A stretch of 64,000 nucleotides of DNA from a virus (Duplodnaviria; Caudoviricetes). Below the pieces are notes generated by a model that did not search any database, was not told the DNA's origin, and worked only from the letters and a program-made list of their open reading frames with translations. A program made the position numbers and the translations under genes. How positions within the stretch are numbered: the stretch's first letter is position 1; every line of letters starts with the position of its first letter. This document shows, piece by piece, positions 59,421 to 64,000 of the stretch. Location of the stretch: the IMG/VR virus record IMGVR_UViG_3300033075_000639, positions 6,167 through 70,166 of that record, one strand, 5' to 3'.

Positions 59421-60071
59421 TCACCTTTTATTGTATGACAAAATATCATTCAAAACACGATCAAGACGATCTGTTTTATTGAAAATACGCTTTAGTTCAC
59501 CCTCTTGCAATTTACGTCCTTCAGGGATCATAAATGCACCAGGTGTTGACGGTTCGGAAACATAATCCCAACAAATCAACTGAAAATCATCTTGAACAAC
59601 GTAATAGTCGCCTTGTTTCTTAGTTGACCCTACACCCCTGGAAGAGATTCCAAGCTTAACTCCGCTTTCAACTAGTGATTGTAGGATCTCGCCTGAAGGG
59701 GTGTTTAGGATTTCAACCGTTCCAACAACTGTTCCACTTTCTAGATGCGCTTCACGTATAATATGTGATACGTTCTTTAGATTGACAACTGATGAATCTG
59801 GATGATCGAGTTCTCCGAGTGCTCGATTCTCAATGATAAATTTTTGATAATTTCGAACCTCTCGTTCCAAAACATGCATAGGATATATGCGACCATTTTG
59901 ATTAAGTGTGTCCGCTTTTTGCAAGATACCCTTCATCATTACTCTCTTAACGGCAGGGATCTTAACTGTATTTCCTCTGTCGTCTTCTGAAATAATTTCA
60001 GGCTTAACAACTTCTGTAATTACGCTGTATTCAAATACATCATATGTATTTAGTAGTCTTTGGTCACTCAT
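59421..60071 (-). CDS. Prohead core protease (T4 gp21-like)
   Basis: N.NGRIYP, ALGELDHP, LGISSRGVGS, WDYVSEPSTPGA. Confidence 0.92.
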   Translation of the reverse strand: MSDQRLLNTYDVFEYSVITEVVKPEIISEDDRGNTVKIPAVKRVMMKGILQKADTLNQNGRIYPMHVLEREVRNYQKFIIENRALGELDHPDSSVVNLKNVSHIIREAHLESGTVVGTVEILNTPSGEILQSLVESGVKLGISSRGVGSTKKQGDYYVVQDDFQLICWDYVSEPSTPGAFMIPEGRKLQEGELKRIFNKTDRLDRVLNDILSYNKR

Positions 60072-60074
60072 AAT

Positions 60075-60944
60075 TTACTCTTCCTCACTCATGAGTTCAG
60101 AACTCAACTTTGTATACAACATAAAACGAGTCACTACATCGTCATCAATCGATTCAATATTTTCTGCAAGAAGTTGATTGTTAACATCATTGATCTTGTT
60201 ATTGATATATGTGTTATCTGGGTGTTCAGTAGTATATGCTGACATCTTTTCAATCAATGATTTGCGAATTTCAACAAGCTTATCACGAATAAGCTGTTCA
60301 TTTGAATTTGCAGTTGCAAAAATATATGCCTTAAACAATGATCTTTGATCTTCATTCAAAACTCCAGCATATTTCTCGTTCAATTTTTTCGTCATGACTT
60401 TCATCAATAGACGAGAAGTACCATTAGACTCTTCACTCAAAATTTGATCTGCAGGACTAACTTTTTCTGTCGTTAGGTGTTTAACAAGACGATCTTCATA
60501 TTCTGCAAGTTTTAGCAAGTCCTTGTTTGTCGAACGCCAATTATTAAGCAGCGTTTGAACAGTTGCATACATACGATATTCATTAACCTGTTGGTCATAA
60601 AATGATTCATCCTTTAGTGAATAGTTGATTTGTTTAATCAACAATGATTTTTCACGATCAAGGCCTGTCATATTATATGATTTGGCCGCTGCCTTTGCTT
60701 CACTGATAATCGATCCGGCAACTGTTTCTGAAGAAACCGTAGTCTTTATAAGAGCATTGATTAGACGGAATTCTTTGTAAAGTTCAGAACCAGGCTTAAA
60801 ATATCGACGAAGAATTTTAAGTGCAGTTGCAGATTTTTTCTGGTCACCTTCAACTAGAGCAGTTGAAATTGTTCTGACCAAAAATTCATAAAGCAATCCA
60901 GTGTTTCTCTTTTTGTTATGTGAACTAACCGTAGACTTCGACAT
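60075..60944 (-). CDS. Conserved head-module hypothetical protein
   Basis: SHNKKRNTGLLYEFLVR N-terminus; located between portal and protease. Confidence 0.75.
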   Translation of the reverse strand: MSKSTVSSHNKKRNTGLLYEFLVRTISTALVEGDQKKSATALKILRRYFKPGSELYKEFRLINALIKTTVSSETVAGSIISEAKAAAKSYNMTGLDREKSLLIKQINYSLKDESFYDQQVNEYRMYATVQTLLNNWRSTNKDLLKLAEYEDRLVKHLTTEKVSPADQILSEESNGTSRLLMKVMTKKLNEKYAGVLNEDQRSLFKAYIFATANSNEQLIRDKLVEIRKSLIEKMSAYTTEHPDNTYINNKINDVNNQLLAENIESIDDDVVTRFMLYTKLSSELMSEEE

Positions 60945-61012
60945 TCTGTCAATGCCCTTTCATTGACTGCGAACATGTCATTTCGTAACATGTCATTGAA
61001 CCGCAGCTGTTT

Positions 61013-64000
61013 TTATTCATCATCTGCACCATCATCATCAATGATAAGTACATCTTCATCATCATCGATATTTGAATTAATTTTTGAAGACGCATCTTCG
61101 CTCAGAAGGACATTGTTAAGTTGATTACCTTGAACGCCTGAACCACCTTTGCTCTTAGTCCAATTATTCAACATTGACATTACGTCAGACGTAATATTTG
61201 TCTTATAGTTCGTACGTGATTCACCAAATGGATTACTGACAACAGACTTAATCCAATCATTATCATATGGATCTTCCATTGCATGATTATCATTAGAAGT
61301 CATTTTCTGGAAGTCAGGCATATGTGTTTTGCTAGCGCCATGTGTTCTATGTCGTCCACGATTATAAAGAACACGATCAAGTTGGCGTTGTGCCTTAAGT
61401 GGCACTTCCATCTCCTTGTCAGACAATTTTAGACCAAAATGTTCGTCATCATCATTACGATCGGCCGACGTTAGAAGTTCAGTTCCCGGTTCGACTTCTT
61501 CCTCGGGTTCTTCACCTGCGTTTTCTTCTGGTGGGAGATCATCAGCCGGTGCTTCAGTTTCATCTCCACCAAGATCGCCTCCACCTGCGTCGCCAAACAA
61601 GTCATCATCACCGCCTGCATCACCCATATCACCTTCTGGTGCAGACGCAGATTCAATTGTCCCATCAACAATCTTGTCCTTAAGACGAGCCTTGTCGATT
61701 TGTTTACACTCTTCATCATTCAAGCCCCAGATTTCTTTTCGAACAAAGTCTTTGTTGACATAACCTTCTGGTGCAGAACCACCAATCTCAAACTTTGTCC
61801 TCCACAATTCCAGCTTTTGTTGTTGCGCAATCGTTGAAGGATTAGAGAGACGTAGTGTGAAATTTTGTAGATCGTCTTGATCAAAGCCATGAGCATACAG
61901 ATGAATGATTGCAAGTTTATTGAGTTCTGCAATCATTACTTTTTGAATAACACTTATTGTACGTGAAAATCGTATATCTTCTTGTGCAAGAGTTGCTTTT
62001 GAACCTAGCATCTCATCATAACCAAGATATGCACGCGGTATTTTTAGAGCAGCGAAAAGCTTTTTCTGAATATAGGCAACGTCTTCAACAGCTGCTGTAT
62101 TTTGGCCGCCGGCGAGAGTATCAATTTTTGTTCCGGAGTCAGTTCCACGTACGGGGATAAAATAATCTTCGTCTACGCTTTGTTTAACAAATACAATACC
62201 TTGCGCACCATCTTGACCTTGTACTGCAACATTGTGGCGATCATGTTCACCTTCCGGGCCGACAACTGTCATACAGTATACATCATCAATATCAGACAAA
62301 ATTTCAACTTTTAGAACTTGATGATTTATTGGCGCTGCATTATGAATTGCGTACTTTCGAAATCCTCTAAAGTCAGTACTATTAATAACGCCCATTCGAT
62401 TCAATTTCGAAATGACAGCATTAACATGAAACTTTGAAACGTCTCTCTTGTTGCTCGAATTTGCTGTTTTCAATGATTCAAAAACACTCGAATTCAATCG
62501 AATTTTTTCTGACAATTCTTCACGACCAATTTTTGGATTAAGCTTGACCTGATCAAAAACAAATGAAACAACTTCATTTGGAATCATCCATTGCATCTTT
62601 TCAGAACGCTGTTTCTTGTTTGTTATCCAACTTTTGTTTTGTGCTTCTCTTCTAATTTCATTATGTGATGCATGCAATTCTGATCCATTATAAGACGCCA
62701 TTGCTGCAACTGAATTTCGTTTCTTATTTAGTTCAACTGTTCGTGCTCTTTTTTCAGGAGACCTGTTATAACGAACAATATTTTCTTTTCCGATCGATGC
62801 ATGATACTTCCAATGATCTTCATTGGTCATCCATTGCAAATTTTCCGGATTTGCATTTAGATGATTAAAGTCTTTGTGGTGAACAACTAGATTGTGATGT
62901 CCTTTGTTAATTCTTTTTTGTTGTTCAATATTTTTTTCAATTTTCAAAACTTCATTTGCAACAATTCGATGTACAAATTGAAATTTTTCAGAAAAATGAT
63001 CATAAACAATTGGATATCCGTCAATATCATGGCCGTCATTAATCGAACTTAGTTTTTTATTAAGCGGCATCAAACTATCACCAACCGCTAGTTCATCTGC
63101 TCTCTTCGAAGAACCATCACGCATTACAAATGGATGTTCAGGCGCAGTGTCGATATAGCTTTTATCGTCTAGCCAAACGCGATATATGTTATCACATGTA
63201 TAATTTTTTCCACACCAGATAACTTTTCCAGGAACAATTTTATGTGTTTCATCTTGAACAGAATAAACCCAATTTTGTTTATTCATATCAAATTCATTTG
63301 CAAGTTCTTTAATTGTTATTGTTCGACCGTCCAACAGAGGTACCAACGTATTTTGTCTGACAGGCAACGGATTATAGCGCAAGTCGACCCTACCAGATGA
63401 TCGATCAACAACTTGATTGCTACGTAGATTCTTACGTTGTTCTTCCATGTACACAGGAATGTCTGCCGCTGGTATGTTTGCAACGTCTATGTAAAACACA
63501 CGTCTTTCAGGGGCACGGACAACACGATAAACCAACATTGCGTCTTCAATAAGAATAAGTTGTCGCCAGATTCTACGAGCTGGTTCAATAACTGATGAAC
63601 CATATGGCAAAAACATATCATTACCAAGAAGACGAAAATGTGTAACTTCCCAGTTTTCAAGAACACGATTACCAAGCGTTACCCAACGATAACGAACTGC
63701 GAATGGATCATCACGATCATAATTTTCTTCACGTTCAATCTCATTTACTGGGATTGGAAATGCAGAAACAACACCATAATGTTGTGAAACGTCATTATAG
63801 AGAAAAAAATCACCATACTTGACTAGATTTCTAGCCCATGATCGTAGATTGAATTCTGTATTAAGAGTATTGTAGAAAAGATCTTCAAGTATCTCTTTAA
63901 CTTTTTCGTTATCAGAGTAAATGTGTAGACAACGACCTTTTTCATCTGCTGCAACAGTTTCATCTGCATATATGTCAAGAGCAGCTGCTATTTCAGGTGT
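61013..64000 (-). CDS. Portal protein (T4 gp20-like), 5'-truncated by the window, intein-containing
   Basis: Frame stays open to 64000 (PEIAAALDIYADE...KYGDFFL...HFRL); EDAMLVYRVVRAPERRVFYIDV, EDYFIPVRG, LAGGQN, LF.ALKIP..YL, QEDIRFSR.I. Confidence 0.93.
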   Translation of the reverse strand, partial: TPEIAAALDIYADETVAADEKGRCLHIYSDNEKVKEILEDLFYNTLNTEFNLRSWARNLVKYGDFFLYNDVSQHYGVVSAFPIPVNEIEREENYDRDDPFAVRYRWVTLGNRVLENWEVTHFRLLGNDMFLPYGSSVIEPARRIWRQLILIEDAMLVYRVVRAPERRVFYIDVANIPAADIPVYMEEQRKNLRSNQVVDRSSGRVDLRYNPLPVRQNTLVPLLDGRTITIKELANEFDMNKQNWVYSVQDETHKIVPGKVIWCGKNYTCDNIYRVWLDDKSYIDTAPEHPFVMRDGSSKRADELAVGDSLMPLNKKLSSINDGHDIDGYPIVYDHFSEKFQFVHRIVANEVLKIEKNIEQQKRINKGHHNLVVHHKDFNHLNANPENLQWMTNEDHWKYHASIGKENIVRYNRSPEKRARTVELNKKRNSVAAMASYNGSELHASHNEIRREAQNKSWITNKKQRSEKMQWMIPNEVVSFVFDQVKLNPKIGREELSEKIRLNSSVFESLKTANSSNKRDVSKFHVNAVISKLNRMGVINSTDFRGFRKYAIHNAAPINHQVLKVEILSDIDDVYCMTVVGPEGEHDRHNVAVQGQDGAQGIVFVKQSVDEDYFIPVRGTDSGTKIDTLAGGQNTAAVEDVAYIQKKLFAALKIPRAYLGYDEMLGSKATLAQEDIRFSRTISVIQKVMIAELNKLAIIHLYAHGFDQDDLQNFTLRLSNPSTIAQQQKLELWRTKFEIGGSAPEGYVNKDFVRKEIWGLNDEECKQIDKARLKDKIVDGTIESASAPEGDMGDAGGDDDLFGDAGGGDLGGDETEAPADDLPPEENAGEEPEEEVEPGTELLTSADRNDDDEHFGLKLSDKEMEVPLKAQRQLDRVLYNRGRHRTHGASKTHMPDFQKMTSNDNHAMEDPYDNDWIKSVVSNPFGESRTNYKTNITSDVMSMLNNWTKSKGGSGVQGNQLNNVLLSEDASSKINSNIDDDEDVLIIDDDGADDE
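62180..63364 (-). mobile_element. Atypical intein (395 aa) with HNH endonuclease inside portal
   Basis: Interrupts DLRYNPL|SVDEDYF. Begins PVRQNTLV; block B TAPEHPF; HNH-like HHKDFNHLNANPENL; block F DVYCMTV; ends FVKQ before Ser. Confidence 0.85.

Noticed and set aside
60972-60997. Tandem 11-mer aacatgtcatt upstream of the 60944 gene as an operator
   Set aside because: Only two copies of a short AT-rich word, with no second locus noticed to support it.
1-64000. TTA depletion as sequence-level avoidance (e.g. of a TTAA restriction site)
   Set aside because: TTA and TTAA are frequent out of frame (GTT AAA, ATT AAA, CTT AAG); only the in-frame codon is missing.

Overview
This is a 64-kb, AT-rich segment of a large T4-like (myovirus-type, probably jumbo) phage. 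Almost all genes are on the minus strand. Left to right it holds: a replication/nucleotide block (class II RNR, gp41/DnaB-like helicase, 5'-3' exonuclease, dUTPase, RecA/UvsX, gp32-like SSB, HD protein, minimal family-A polymerase); baseplate, tape measure, tail tube, two tail sheaths, neck and fibre genes; an endolysin; a one-piece tmRNA; the head module (MCP, scaffold, prohead protease, intein-containing portal running off the right edge); peptide deformylase; and several homing-endonuclease-like genes. The main observation is that the Leu codon TTA was absent in frame from every gene body I read codon by codon. It nevertheless sits at the expected C-terminus of 28 genes, including MCP, tail tube, a sheath, RNR, dUTPase, RecA, SSB and PDF. 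There it appears as TTATG stop-start overlaps, tandem TTA+TAA/TGA/TAG, and TTA/TAA triplets shared by convergent genes. This points to UUA acting as a fourth stop codon. CDS coordinates below use TTA as a stop where it applies; this is an inference, and the standard-code end is noted in the evidence.
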